Positions 19,111-31,800 of a DNA stretch of 34,650 nucleotides are shown piece after piece. The position numbers were made by a program, and so were the translations under genes. This DNA comes from Elsinoe ampelina (Eukaryota): contig ML992547.1 in assembly GCA_010093995.1 (NCBI GenBank), forward strand, positions 1 to 34,650, in the 5' to 3' direction. The notes beneath the pieces were generated by a model. It was not told the DNA's origin. It saw only the letters and a list, made by a program, of their open reading frames with translations, and did no database searches. Each line of letters starts with the position of its first letter. Positions within the stretch are counted from its first letter, which is position 1.

Positions 19111-22100
19111 TTAACCAAGCAGACCTCCACCTGATCCACCACCACCGAGCAGACCGCCATTGCCGCCACCGCCTCCAAGTAGACCTCCTCCGCCACTGCT
19201 GCTTTGAGTGGTAGTGGCCGCCGCAGCTGCTGTTGTCGTCGTAGTTGTCGGAGCATTGGGTTCAGCCGTTGTTGTCGTCGTCGTAGTCGATGCAGACGAG
19301 GCGGCTCCTGCAGGGGAGGTAGTAGCTGCTTGAGTGGTCGTGGTTGTAGTCGTCGGGGCAGGAGCCACTACAATTGGTGCTGTCGTGGTAGCGGAAGAAG
19401 CCGCTGCTGGAGGATTAGAGCTCGTTTGAGCAGGAGAAGAGGTGGTGGTGGCGATTGGAAGGGTGGTCGTGGAGGTGGTGGATGATTGTGCCGCAGGGGC
19501 AGGGGGAGCGACAGAGGCAGAAGAGCTTGCAGCACCGTTGGAAGCGGCGCTTGAAGCTATCGCTACTGTTGTCGTCGTGCTTGTGCTTGTGCTCGTGCTC
19601 GTGCTCGTGCTCGTGCTTGTGCTTGTGCTTGTGCTTGTGCTTGTGCTTTGGGATGGTGCAGGGGGGGCTTGTGATGGGATAGAGGTAGAGGGAGACACAC
19701 CTGCTGCGGCGGTGGTGGAACTCGAGGAGCCAGGGGCAGTGGTCGTTGCAGCTACTGAGGACGATGGCTGTGAGGAAGACGTTAGATCATGACTTGTACT
19801 CGTTGTAGTGGTAGATGCATGAAGCATGTTGTCAAGAGCATTAATGACAGCGGCGGGCGAGGTCGTTGCGGATGGGCTAAGCGAAGTGCTGGTAGTTGAT
19901 GCGGGTATATTGGAAGTGGCAGAAGACGAGCCACTTGGAAGCACAACCTGTGCGTTTATGCTGAAACTACTGCTTGGTGGTGTCTCCGACGAGGCGGATT
20001 GTGTGGTTACAGTACTGCTCAGTGTAGGAAATAGCGCTGACGTGGTCGTGGTCGTGGAGAGCCCTAGTATGCTCGACGTGGGCGTAGTCGATAAGCCACC
20101 GTTCGGAGACATTTGTGCAGTGCCGGTCAAGCTCGAGAGGCTCTGGGTTGTGGTGGCACTGCTGCTCGACGAATGTGCCAAGAAAGGATTCAGCATGCTG
20201 GCGGGAGCGATGACTGTGTTTGAGGAAGACGAGGACACGGTGACCAGACTCACTGGCGACGTGGTACGTTGGGTAATGCTTGTTATCTCCAAAGAGCTTG
20301 TAGCCACGGTCGTAGAAATGCTCGAGGTCCCGGTCGAGTGACTGAAAATTTGGATGCTGGTTGAGCTCACCGCTGAGCTTGCGCGAATTCCAGTAGAGAC
20401 GCCTGCCGGAATGCTCGAGCTCGCATAAGTGCTCACGCTCGAGGTCACGCTCGAGGATGAGGAGAAAATGACACTTACCGAGACAGTCGAGCTGATTGGC
20501 AGACCAGAGCCGGACGCAGATTCGGAGCCGGACGCAGATTCGGAGCTGCTCGTTGTAGGGACTGTAGAAGGGGAGATTATCGTTGTGGCGGCTGTGAGCG
20601 CAGTAGTGGTTGTGAAAGTGGTGGCGGACGTCCTTCTATTCCCCCTTGGTGTGGTAGAAGATGAGCCTACGGAAGCGGAGTTGGCTGATCTTGTCGTCTG
20701 CGAGATTACAGGGCTGAATGCAGAGCTGGCTTGATCTGAGCTCATGCTCGATATCTCGGACGTTGGCGATGAGCTCTGCGATTCTGAAATACTGGTAGGC
20801 CGAGCGAAGGATGCGTCTGTGGCAGTGGACGTGGTATCTTGCTGAATTGTTGTGTCCGTATCGTCGTCTGAGTCCGATGATCCAGAGGGAATTGTCACCT
20901 GTGTGACCGCTGGTCGCCTTGTGCTTCTTGTCGAGCTCGTGGTGGATACAAAAGAAGAAGAACCTTGGGAAGGGGAGGTAGTTACCTTTGGTCCACCACC
21001 GAGAACACCATCAACTAATCCACCGGAAGAGCCGCCTGAAGGGCTTGCCGAAGAGCTTCCTGAAGAGTTTCCTGACGAGCTGCCGGGTGAATTACCCGAT
21101 GAGCCACTTGAAGGCAAACCGGACGAGGTCCCTGATGAACCCCCTGACGAGCTACCTGATGAAGTCCCTGACGAGCTTCCCGATGTGGTGCTGGGCGTCG
21201 GAACGCTCGATCCAGAAACGCTCGACCTGGAGATGTCAGCATCGATATCCGGCGAGATAGAGGTTGACACATACCTCGCAGTCGGAATGCTTCCTCCCTG
21301 AGAGAATGAGGCGGAGTGGGGAGACTCTAGCGACGGAGGAGCCGACGAACTGGTCGATCCGGCAGATGCGAAGAATGAGACGGTGACGGTCGAGGTAACA
21401 GCCGACTCTGTGATTGTACTTATGAAGGAGGCTGACGCAGACTCCGCGAGGCTCGCAGATGCAGATGGACTAGATGAAGGAAAGTTGTCGGTGATGATGC
21501 GTGCTGAGGTCGTTGGGGATGTGGGAACCACCGAAGGATTCCTGGTTTTGCCGCTCGCATTCTTCTGCTTGCCGATCTTGGTAGTCTTTGGTTTAGCACC
21601 CTTCTTCGTAGTCTTTGGCTTTGCACCCTTCTTCGTCGTTTTGCCCTTCTTTGTGGTCTTCTTGGCTCCAGCTTTCTTGGTGGCAGTCGGTGCGGATGTC
21701 ACCTTGACATTCGTCTTTGTGCCTGCGGCACCTCCAGCAACAGTCTTTGAGGAACCCTTCTTCTTACTAGCCGGCTTTTTGGATGCTGCCGCCTTCTTGT
21801 TGGCAGAAGCAGCTGCTCGGATCTCAAGCTTACTCTGAGAGATGTTGAGGGTGATGCACTTGCAAGCGGCAGTGACCTGGCCTTGTCTAGTGTTGGGGAT
21901 CAGAGGAACAGACTTGATGTCACTGCAGGAGGTTAGTCATCTGTAAGGGTGCATTACTGTGCCAGGGCATGACGTACGCCTCAAGCCAGCTGAGGCAAAC
22001 AGGCACAGGCTGCTTGAATGATTGTCTGATTGCGCTAACAGTATCCGCAGATTCGGCACAGTCTACCTTAATTAGTATGAGTCCTCTACGCGGGCGAATG

Positions 22101-22221
22101 CAAAGTGCTGACCTTGAAGTGTCTCTTCGTTACTGATCCTCGAACCGATGGGTTTGGCAACGACACCCTGGCCAGCCAGGGCGAGTAGTGCCAGTCCAGA
22201 CGAAACGATTTGGTGATGCAT
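19111..22221 (-). CDS. Secreted Ser/Thr-rich (mucin-like) cell-surface protein, 3 exons, ~1001 aa
   Basis: Exons 22221-22113, 22062-21978, 21922-19111 (3006 nt, in frame). Signal peptide MHHQIVSSGLALLALAGQGVVA-KP, small 4-Cys region, Lys-rich repeats, about 800 aa S/T/A/P-rich stalk, GGLLGG repeats at the C-terminus. Confidence 0.85.
19576..19647. repeat. Coding hexamer microsatellite (GTGCTY)x12 encoding (Ser-Thr)n
   Basis: gtgcttgtgcttgtgctcgtgctc... run inside the mucin-like gene. Confidence 0.9.
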
Positions 22222-23560
22222 GGATATGATTATCTGTCTCAGGGCGTCGAGCCTGCTTGGATGAAACAAGATCGACCATGGTGGCGATCAATCGGGTGTT
22301 ATATAGAGCTAGGAGGAGATGGGGGTTGGGTAGAGTCCGTTTCGCACGATGCAAGACAAGGCCAGAAAACAGTCAGATCTGACAGCGACGGTTGAGAGAC
22401 ATGGTGCACAGAGCCGATAGCGCGACTTTGACAGCGTTCTGTAGGTAGGGCGGCAGGTTGTTCGGGCGTCGACACATGAGAGCCAGGCTGGGATGCAAAC
22501 GACGCAAGGCGCCTCTTTGATAGACGTTGTCATGGTTCGTAGAGATTGGGCCAAGCCGTCAACGGCTGCTCCAGACCAGTAGCATTGAGGCTGCTGTATC
22601 ATTACCATCTATGTTGTTTATCACTTAAATCAGTCATGACACTCCAATTCAGCATCTACACGAAGACGCGGACCCAATGTGTAGCGGAATAGGCATTTCT
22701 GAAGAATTTGACATTCAAGCCTATGCGAATTTAAGTTGAGGCCGCCGGCTATGGCCGCTTGACTCCAGAGCGTTGCAGCGGTTGGTTTGGCCGGCCATCC
22801 CCTTTGACAAAGACTATGCCATGTCGTGCCACCAGATGCTCGTCGTGTCGCCCGCATGTGGCCGGTGAGCTCGTAGGGCTGGAGCTGGCGTTCGCATCAA
22901 AGACTTCATGCGTGGCATAGGCGGGAATTCATCCCGAGAGGCGCAGATCTGGAATGCCGGCAAAGGCAGACATGGGCACCCTGCCAGATAGTGACCTCCG
23001 TGACAGTGGCAACAACCAAGGACAGAAGTATCAGAATATCATTCCGTTCACAAGAAGCTGCAGCCGTCATTGCATGTGCTTGTTTAGGTCGGAAATGTCA
23101 AGATAGAGCATGCGACTCAGGCATATGAGGTCGCAGCTGGTATACAATGAGTCCACCTTCAGAATAACAGGTCGTCTAGACAAGGTTGAGCGTCCGCTGC
23201 TCGTCCCCTGGTGTTCCGCATGCTTATTCGGAACATGCATGTTCTTCCCAACTAAGATGCAAGACCGTTGCCGTTGCGCAGCGGTCGGCGACGTTGGTGC
23301 TGGAAACGGTAGCCATGATCAATATAAGCGCTGGGCTCATGTCCCGTATGGTCACTTCGCAGTCTCGATGCGCTGCTTCGAGTGCGTTGCTCTGGTCAGG
23401 CGAAGCAACCTTTACACTGAATGGTCTCGGCCAGTCCGTGAAGCATTTACTTGTTGTCCCGCAACAAGCTGTGGAGTCAGCGTCACCTCCGAGCTTTGTT
23501 GCTGAGGTGTATGCCGTGCTGAGTGATGTTTCCCAGGTGTACAAGTCGATGATCGGTCAG

Positions 23561-26511
23561 TTATCGTATCGCCCACTCTTCTCGGTTGTCTGCCGCCGTG
23601 ACAAATGGTAGGTCAATCTGTTTGACAGCCATCTCCCCACATAGTACACTACACGAGTCAGCTTCCAAGACAATTGCACTTTCGCAGTATGAGCATACCA
23701 AGCGCCGGCGACTAAGCTGTCAAGCTCACATATGAATCTCTCCTTCTTCTTTCCGCACACAACACCTCGACCAATCTCGGATTGCAGTTCCTTGATACGT
23801 TTCCCCTTCCCGGCTGGACCCATACTCATCACAGCCTTGCCAAGGCAGTCGGCGTGGAACGAGTGTTGACAGGGGAAGACAAAGAATTGGCGCATGAGCA
23901 GGGGTAGTCTGCAGATCCAGCATCGTTCACCAGGTTCGACGATGGCATATCGCTGATCGAGAGCTTTGATGTCGTCCTTGATGTTCTGAGCAGTGTCCGC
24001 AGACTTGTCCATCTCAAGTCGAAGGTTGTCGATCTGTCTTGAGTACTCCTCCAAGGCTTCGCAAATTTCCTCTTTGAAGTCGTCAATGACAATGAAGTCA
24101 GGGAAGAGAGGAATGAGATCTTCAATGCGGAGGAAATCACATCTTCGTAAGAACTCCATGGCCGAGGAAATGCCCTTACTTTGAGACATGACTTTCTTTG
24201 CGACTTTCAACCACAATTTCTTTCTGAGAACTTGGTCATTCTCCGGTCTATCGGCGACGTCGGCTGCAATGTCCACTTCATCATATTTCAACGCCAGATC
24301 TATAGCTGCTGCAAATTGGGACATCGTGCAGTAGATGTGTACAGCTGACCGGACGCGCTTGTGGTTGATGCAGAGACGCAGTGCGAAATCAGCATCGTAA
24401 TGCTGCTCATTGGCGGTCGTCTGAGATTGAAGGTAGATCAGCAAGGCAGATTCGTCGGTGGTTGAGTGAGAGGCGTATATTGAAATGAGTGTGTTGTGAA
24501 TCGATGGTATTCTCGATCCTTGCTGATTGATGCAGTAGAGTAAATATCTGATTGCTTGGTTTTGGTTAAGAGAGACTTCTGCAGTGCGGCTGTAATTGAG
24601 CAAAGCCGGGATCAGCTTGGTGCTGTCGAGATCGCTTTGTCGTGTCAAGACTTCAGTGAAGTCCATGGGCACGTGTTCCATGAGCACACTGCTGTACTGG
24701 TAGAAGATGTCAGGTCGGGCCTGCTTCTTGAGAACACCCATTGCGTCCTGCCATCTTTCGCGCTGGACCCAGTATGACAAGACATATTCGGAGTCGTCGG
24801 TCGTGCTTGCAAAGTAGAGTAATTCCTCTTCTCTGCCATGGCTACCGATAATCTCATAGACTGTCTTCTGATCCAGATCGGCTTTGTGCTTAGCCACAAA
24901 CTCTTGGAACTCTTTTCGTGTCTGAGGCAAATCGTCGCCTTTCGCAGGGGCGATCGCCCCAGAAGTAGCTTCTGATGTGGCGGAGATGGCATCGTCCAAA
25001 GCATTCAACTTGACCATGTACAGTTCCACCAGCCAGCTGGCAATCATGATTCTCTGCATGGGTAGGTTCTTCCTCGTCTGTGCCAGCTTCACCAAGAGGT
25101 ATTTTCGCAAGGCGTCATTCTCGCCCTTGTCGATGAAGGTGAGAGCGACATCTTCGAAGGGCTTGCTGCTCTTCCCGTACACTGCTGCCGCCTCGGCAAA
25201 CTGCTCACGGCTGATCAAATGATCTCCCGAAGCGATTGCTATCGCGTCCTTCTGTTCGGCTGTGACAGCGTACTTGAGCGCCAGATCGAATTTGTGATCG
25301 AAAAGCATGATTCTCCAGACATTCCGAGCTTCGTCATTGACCACTATCTCGAAAATCTCCCGTTGAGTGAGAAGCCAGAAAGTGTTCTTCTGCTGGTCTG
25401 CGTAAAGGCCGAGGAAGTTTTGACCTTCTTTGAGAATCCGCTGATCGTAGACAACAGTCTCGTCGAGGCGGTTGACTGCGACAAGCCTGTCGCCCATGAG
25501 GGCCAGAACGTGAAATCGGGTCAGCATGATAGCCTTGATACCTTCTTGAGCGCTCTTTGGTCGACCTTCTGTCCTTGATGTTGCGAATCTGGCTCTAGGG
25601 ATTGGCTTGGCTTCTGAGATTGTTTTCTTGCTCACATCCGCGAGTGCAGGGTCTGCAAGTATTCCGGTGACAACTTGCTGACCAGTGAGCCAGCCAAATG
25701 CGCGATCATAGTCTGGAGGTGCGACACCTTCTGGGGCATCAGGGGAGACCCTCATCTCAGAGGGGCCTGACACTTGTCCACCGGGTGTATCGCGTGTCTG
25801 AGGTGTCTCGTTCTCGAACAGTTTCTGGTAGACATTCGAGCCATCTGAGGCAGACCTGCCGGGCTTCGCCACAAAGTGTGACAGCTTCGAGGGCGAAGCA
25901 ACCACTACCCGCCGAATGTCTGATCTGCCTGGGCTTGCATCTGCCCAGATGCCCGTGATTGGCCCATCCGTACTGTGGTAGACATTTCGAACGTATTTCT
26001 CTTCCCTCCTGTAGAACTCGGTGCTAGACTCGATATATGTCTCGTACAGATTCCCATCACTCGATCCGATCAGGATCTCTCTTGTCGACGCGGTCGGAAG
26101 GGATGGATTCCAGGCGATGCATTCGATTTGGACGCCTTTAAGCCTTGACAGCACTTTCGGTTGTCGTGACTGAGTGTGTAGGTAGAAGTTCTCGCCCAGC
26201 GTCGTGGTTATAATGAGGTGGGATGCGGATGGATCAAGGAAGACTTTCCGTATTATGCCTACCTCGGCAGGTCTCTTGGGCAGATCGATGTCTGGACAAG
26301 TCAATGGTGATCATTCTGCAAGAGAAATCACCGACATACCATCAATGTCGCCAGAATTGTCAAGGTCAAATCTGAGGATTCGTCCAGACGAGAGTGCCAG
26401 AATGAGCACATTGTCGGCGACCTGGGCAGCTACAAATTCAGCTGATATGTCGAATTGAAGCTCTACGAGCTGGACGTCGAAGATCGGCAATGTGCCATCT
26501 TCGCCGATCAT
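23561..26511 (-). CDS. VPS18: Vacuolar protein sorting 18 / Pep3 (HOPS/CORVET core subunit), 3 exons, ~950 aa
   Basis: Exons 26511-26340, 26291-23699, 23648-23561. N-terminal FLDPSASHLII beta-propeller segment, alpha-solenoid (FEDVALTF, IEDLIPLFPDF), C-terminal RING CWIC...FPCQHSFHADC...CVLCG completed by the last exon. Confidence 0.95.
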
Positions 26512-26648
26512 GGCTATTGTCAACGGCTCGTCGCAGCTTCCATGTGTTCTGCTGTCAGGCAGGTCGGCAGCTGTTCGAGGTGTGGACGACCTTGGATGAG
26601 AGATGTTACGGTGCGCCATATCTGCATCTATGCAATCATGTAGAATTG

Positions 26649-26716
26649 CACGCGCTTTGGGCCAATCACAGCCCGAGCGCATTCAGTGCTCCTGGACCTG
26701 GTAATCTTCACGCGAG
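26649..26716. promoter_or_regulatory. Candidate CCAAT (HAP/CBC) box and ACGCG elements in the VPS18/RIM1 bidirectional promoter
   Basis: GGCCAATCAC at about 26660-26669 with CACGCG at about 26649 and 26709, in the 286-nt gap between divergent ATGs. Motif match only. Confidence 0.3.
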
Positions 26717-26797
26717 GTGGACTCGTCTTGCTTCCCACTCTTCTGTACGACCACATCACAACGTAAAGCATCCTCTTTGAAGCAACGATAGATCACA

Positions 26798-27376
26798 ATG
26801 TTTTCCTCACGCACTCTCACCCGCTCACTGGGCGATGCCTCGCGACAGTTCTCAACCTCTACGCCCTGGTCCCTAGCCCGCATGCAACTCATCGGCCGAC
26901 TGGGAGACAAGCCGGAACTTGTCAGCACCCAGACTGGAAGAGAACTGGTCAGATATGCTCTCGGTGTCAGTGCTGGTCCAAAAGATGAGAGCGGGAACAG
27001 GCAGACGAGCTGGTTCAGAGTTGCGAGTTTCACAGATGGCCCACAAAAGGACTTCTTGCTCAATCTGCCAAAAGGGTACGAGTCCGAATTCAAGAACGCA
27101 GTGTTGGTTGAAGAAGGGATTGCTGATAACCTGCCAGGACTTTACTCTATCTTGACGCTGATGCTCGTATGGACACATTCCAAGCCGCGGATGGGACCAA
27201 CCAATCGCGCCTGAATCTTGTACAGAGTGCGTTGAAGCAGCTGGAGGTGACGAAGAGCATCATACTGATCCATTACAGGGAATCTGGAAATGCTCAGCCG
27301 ACCCAAGTATCAGACCAATGATGGTGCGGACAAGGATCCGGCGGAGGAGCCTCTCAGCGGTGTAGGAGCCTCGTGA
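26798..27376 (+). CDS. RIM1: Mitochondrial single-stranded DNA-binding protein, 3 exons, 154 aa
   Basis: Exons 26798-27075, 27138-27226, 27279-27376. Presequence MFSSRTLTRSL...RQFSTS, then SSB OB-fold ARMQLIGRLGDKPE...TSWFRVASF...LPKGTLLYLDA. Confidence 0.92.
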
Positions 27377-27792
27377 AGCAGCAAACATAATGTTAGAGGG
27401 TTGACCTTTTTTGTCGAAAGAACATTGTACAATAGATCGAAATTCCGAAGAGGCTGGGTGAGGACTTGCCAACATCTCCCCTTATGAGCACTGCCATTCA
27501 AAAGGGCACCTTTGAGGCCGAAGCCGAAGGTTGAACGTACAGAGCAAGCCGCGAATTCAATGAATTGTACATTTCTTTGCCTCGACAGTAACGCTGCTGC
27601 ACTCGATCTGCATTTCCCTTCCGCTCATTGACGCATATATTGACCACGGCTCACTCCCATACCTCGTCTTTCTCATACGCAACATTCATCTCCCCTCACG
27701 TGAACGCAGTTGACCCTCACCGTCATCCCTTACTACTCCTTCTTGCTGCCATGCTTGAGTCCCCAGATGCTGCCGCTCTTCCCTCATCCCGA

Positions 27793-28092
27793 TCAGTGGT
27801 CCCAAGGGTGCTTCCATCCCATAAGAGCCGGTCCATCCTTCTTCGCACGGTACATCAACTGGGCGTGTCAGCATGGGCTCAGCCAGAATAACGGCGGAGG
27901 AGCGTACGAAGAACCACATGCTAGCCCCCAGACCAGTTGCTGCAACTCTGTAGAGGATTCCAGGCGGGTGAATGTGGATGGGGTGCCCGCCTTTCGGCCC
28001 ATGCGAAGGCCCACCGGCTGCTCGTAATCGTTGTGTGAACTTTTCCGTCAGTAAGACATCTTCCAATCATGCCATCTATGCCGTACCTTCAT
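27793..28092 (-). CDS. NDUFB2: NADH:ubiquinone oxidoreductase accessory subunit B2 (AGGG), 3 exons, 67 aa
   Basis: Exons 28092-28087 (ATGAAG), 28039-27908, 27858-27793 give MKFTQRLRAAGGPSHG...YRVAATGLGASMWFFLMYRAKKDGPALMGWKHPWDH*. Confidence 0.88.
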
Positions 28093-28876
28093 GGTGTGAT
28101 CTTGTGAGAACAGGTGGAATCGGGTGTACTGTTCGAAGGTGTGGATTCGCGATCGAGCGCAGATGTCTCGGCGTCTTGGCATCAACTCCACTTTCTTCTG
28201 GTGAATCTGCAACTTTGAACTCTCTCAACTGACCGATTGCTCTGCTCCGACTGATTGCTCATTCTGCTGCGCATAATCGCGACAGATCAAAAGCTAATTT
28301 TTTGAAGTAGTGCCCACTCATCATGCTCGAATAGCAGCTACGGCTGTTAAGACGAGCGTCGCGCGTACCTGATCAAGGCTGCGCAAAACTTCACATCTGT
28401 ATTTCCTACAACCACGACTCTAGCAGCCGGACTTGTCTCATTCCTCGCTGCTCGGAGGTGTCTATTGTACGACAGAGTTCCCAGTCTGCTTCTGCAAACC
28501 TTTCATGCGTACGAATTTCGTGACCACTTGAGTCGCATCCCCACTGACCGTCGCATCAAAGGCAACCCGTGAAAGGCAAGTCATTTGAGGTTGAGCACTT
28601 CCTAGCAGATACTACCAGAAGTTCTTTACGACCACCGCTGAAGCACCATCAAGACTCTCAGCCCGCCGTCACGCGAGCGAGTGAATTACCAGCGAGCCCA
28701 GCTCGCAGAGCAATCACAGCAAGATACTACTAGGATATCGACCGTCTCCGTCATTCCCAGGAAGGTGGCATTCCCACGCCGCCTAGCTTGACCACATCAC
28801 TATCAGGATCGGGCGGTCTGGCGTGCTTCACTTCCAAAGTACTACCAGACCGCTATCGTCGGCGGCCAACTACATC

Positions 28877-31800
28877 ATGGCCACAATTGATTACGCAGGG
28901 ATCCAAGCCGGTGAGCTGGAAGTCCTCGAAGCCATCCACATGGGCGACTACAGAGAACTACCAATCAAGTCGGCGTGGAACAAGACGAGCGGAAGAGCCT
29001 TTGAGCTCAAGCTCAGCGCCGAAGAAGACCCGAACGTGGTGGTCACTTTGACCACCACGTTCACAACGACATATCCGCGGACCCCACCTCTCATCGAGGT
29101 AAGGGGTCTTGAGGGCCTCCATGAGAGGACCCAAGAGCGCATCAAGCGCATCGCCACGCTGCGGCCGGCGCAGCTGGTGAAGGAGAGTGCCGGCGAGGTG
29201 ATCATGCACCTCGTCGTTGAAGAAGTCAAGGATGCGCTTGATGATGCGGCCCAAGCCAGGGCAACCGGCGTCCTCCCAAGCTTGGAGGACGAACGAGCCT
29301 TGATGGTGGCTGCACATCAAGCGCAGGAGGAGGCAGCGAGGGAGGCTGAGCGGAAACGCCAGCAAGAGGCAAAGGCAGAAGCAGATCGACTTCTGCAGGA
29401 GAATGTCGAACGAGAGGTCCGGCGGAAAGCCGCCCTTCAAGCACCGCCCACACCGGCGCAAGAAGGCGTGGCAGATGCCGGTCTCTCTGCTGACGTTGTC
29501 CTGTTCGAAGAAGATATGGAGATGCCGGTGGCAGCAGATGGGGCCGTCGCTACCTTCAAGGGTGTGGAGATCCTCTCCCGGATCAGCAAAACCGCCAACT
29601 CCGAGGAGCTGCTTGTCCGACCTGGTCGGCATTTGTTCGACGCCGTCCTCAAGCTTCGCCGCGTGTCAATACTACCTCGAAATGTTCCTGCCATCAAGTC
29701 ACAGACGTCAGCGCAAGAAAAACCTTTCGACTTCATGTACCATCTGACAGCGCTTGAGCGTGAGCTCAAAGAGCTGAAGAAGCACAGACATCCTCATGTC
29801 AATATTGTGTATGCATTCAGGCTGGACAGACAAGTCATTCCCGGACCCGATTCCCAGCTTGGCTGGTCACTCTCAATCCTCTCAGAGCTCTCTAATAGAG
29901 GAAGCCTGGACGAGATGCTGGAAGACGGGCAGACTATTTCCTTGTTGCGCGCTCGTGAGTGGTCACACTCTCTTCTTGGAGCGCTCAACTTCCTTCACAA
30001 TAACAACATCGTCCACAAGCAAATCAATCCCACCAACATTCGCCTATACCGATCTGGAGACGGACTGACAATGCCTCAATTGTCTGGCACTTGCTACAAT
30101 CACCGCCTTGACATCTTGCTTGGCAACGCAAAAGCCAGCAAGCCGACTCACTGGTGCGCGCCAGAAGCTCGGCTGAAGCCTCTTGAGACCACCCACGCCA
30201 AGATTGACATTTGGGATTTCGGGGTCGTGATGGCTCAAATGCTATTCGGAAAGGACATCATATACACCTACAGGACCCCGCAACTACTCCTACAAAGTAT
30301 GCAGCTCACCTCCCTCTTCAACGACCTCATTCGCAAATTCTTCCTTGTGGAGCAAACCAAACGTCCGCCAGCCTTTGATCTTCTTCTCAGCGAATTCTTC
30401 CGCAGCACAGAGGCTGCTGTCCAGCCAGGCAAAGAGGGTACGGCAGAGCTTACACGACAGGTGTCGGCAGTCGATCTCCAACGTCCATCCGAGAGAACCT
30501 CACGTCACAATTCTTCCAGCATCTCAGAAAGGGTGTATCCCCTACGCCCATCACACTTTGCATCCGAATTCACCGAGTTGGCCAGGATCGGCCGGGGCGG
30601 CTTTGGAGAAGTCGTCAGAGTTCGCAATAAAGTCGACAATGGTCTCTTTGCGGTGAAGAAGATTAAATCTCGATCGACCAGAGAATTGGAAGAAATTAGG
30701 AAAGAAGTCGCGCTACTTTGCATGTTGACCCACCCATACATTGTAAGGTACCATATGGCATGGGTCGAGGATGACTTCGAGGCCGGAACAGTCATGTCTG
30801 ACTCTACTCGATCGACGGCCAGCGATTTCACCGGCACGTTACCTCAACCTGGGCAGCAACCAAGAATTCCTCACAGTAGCCGAGGATTCGATGCTATGAC
30901 CAGTGCATTGAATGATGTAGAGTTTGTCGATGATGAATCGGCTGGCTCCGTCGATGCAGGTGGCCAGTACTTCGACAGGCCCGACAGTGCAGAGAGCGAC
31001 GATGATGGCAGTGATGAGGAGTCTGGTAGCCCTGAAGAGTCCGACGATGTCGATAGATCGAACTTGCAGGATGCAGCTCTCAATGGTCATGGCGACAACA
31101 ATATCGTCTTTGAAGCAAGCTCGGCTCAAGCGAACGAAGCTGGCAGCGAACGAGACCCAGCAGAGGGCGATCGCACAGAAGCGTCCAGGTTGTTGCGACC
31201 TTCGCCTCCAGCTCGGTTGCCAGATCATGCACAAATCCTTTACATCCCCATGGAACTCTGTGAGGGTCAAACTCTGAGACACCTCTTCGCAAGGGGCATG
31301 ACCTCAGATCCTGAGAAGCAGTGGAAAATGCTCCGGCAAATTCTGCAAGGTCTCGAGTATATACATTCCCGCGGCATCATCCACCGAGATTTCAAACCAG
31401 ACAACATCTTCATCGACAAAGACGGCAATCCTCGCATTGGTGATTTCGGTCTTGCCACCACTTCTCACACTGCTGCACCCAATGTTTTGTCGTCCAGTCA
31501 TGGAGAAAATACAGAAATGTCAAGGGGCATGGGTACAGCACTTTACATTGCACCTGAACTGCAAAAAACCTCCGAGGCCAAGTACACAAACAAGGTTGAC
31601 ATGTACTCGATGGGAATTATCTTCTTCGAGATGTGTTTCCAGCTTGATACCGCCATGGAGCGTGATCAGGAGATTCGCAAGATCCGCGCGCCTCAACATA
31701 GTCTACCATCAGCTTTCGATGAGCCGGAAAAGGCAGAGCAGAAGATCGTGATACTCTCATTGATAACGCACAATCAAGCCGAGCGACCGAGCAGTTCCGA

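Noticed and set aside
19204..21838. Plus-strand ORFs with poly(VL) and PDE repeats
   Set aside because: Antisense shadows of the Ser/Thr-rich gene; the repeats are complements of (ST)n and (SGSS)n codons.
22270..23550. ORFs in the 1.3-kb gap between the mucin-like gene and VPS18 (e.g. 23110-23505, 23186-23611)
   Set aside because: Cys/Arg-rich random-looking translations with no motifs; best read as promoter and 3' UTR.
28823..28876. GTG start for GCN2 given in the ORF track (also TTG 14213 for GSH2, GTG 1134 for the P450)
   Set aside because: Bacterial-style alternative starts. The first in-frame ATGs (28877, 14273, 1209) match where family similarity begins.
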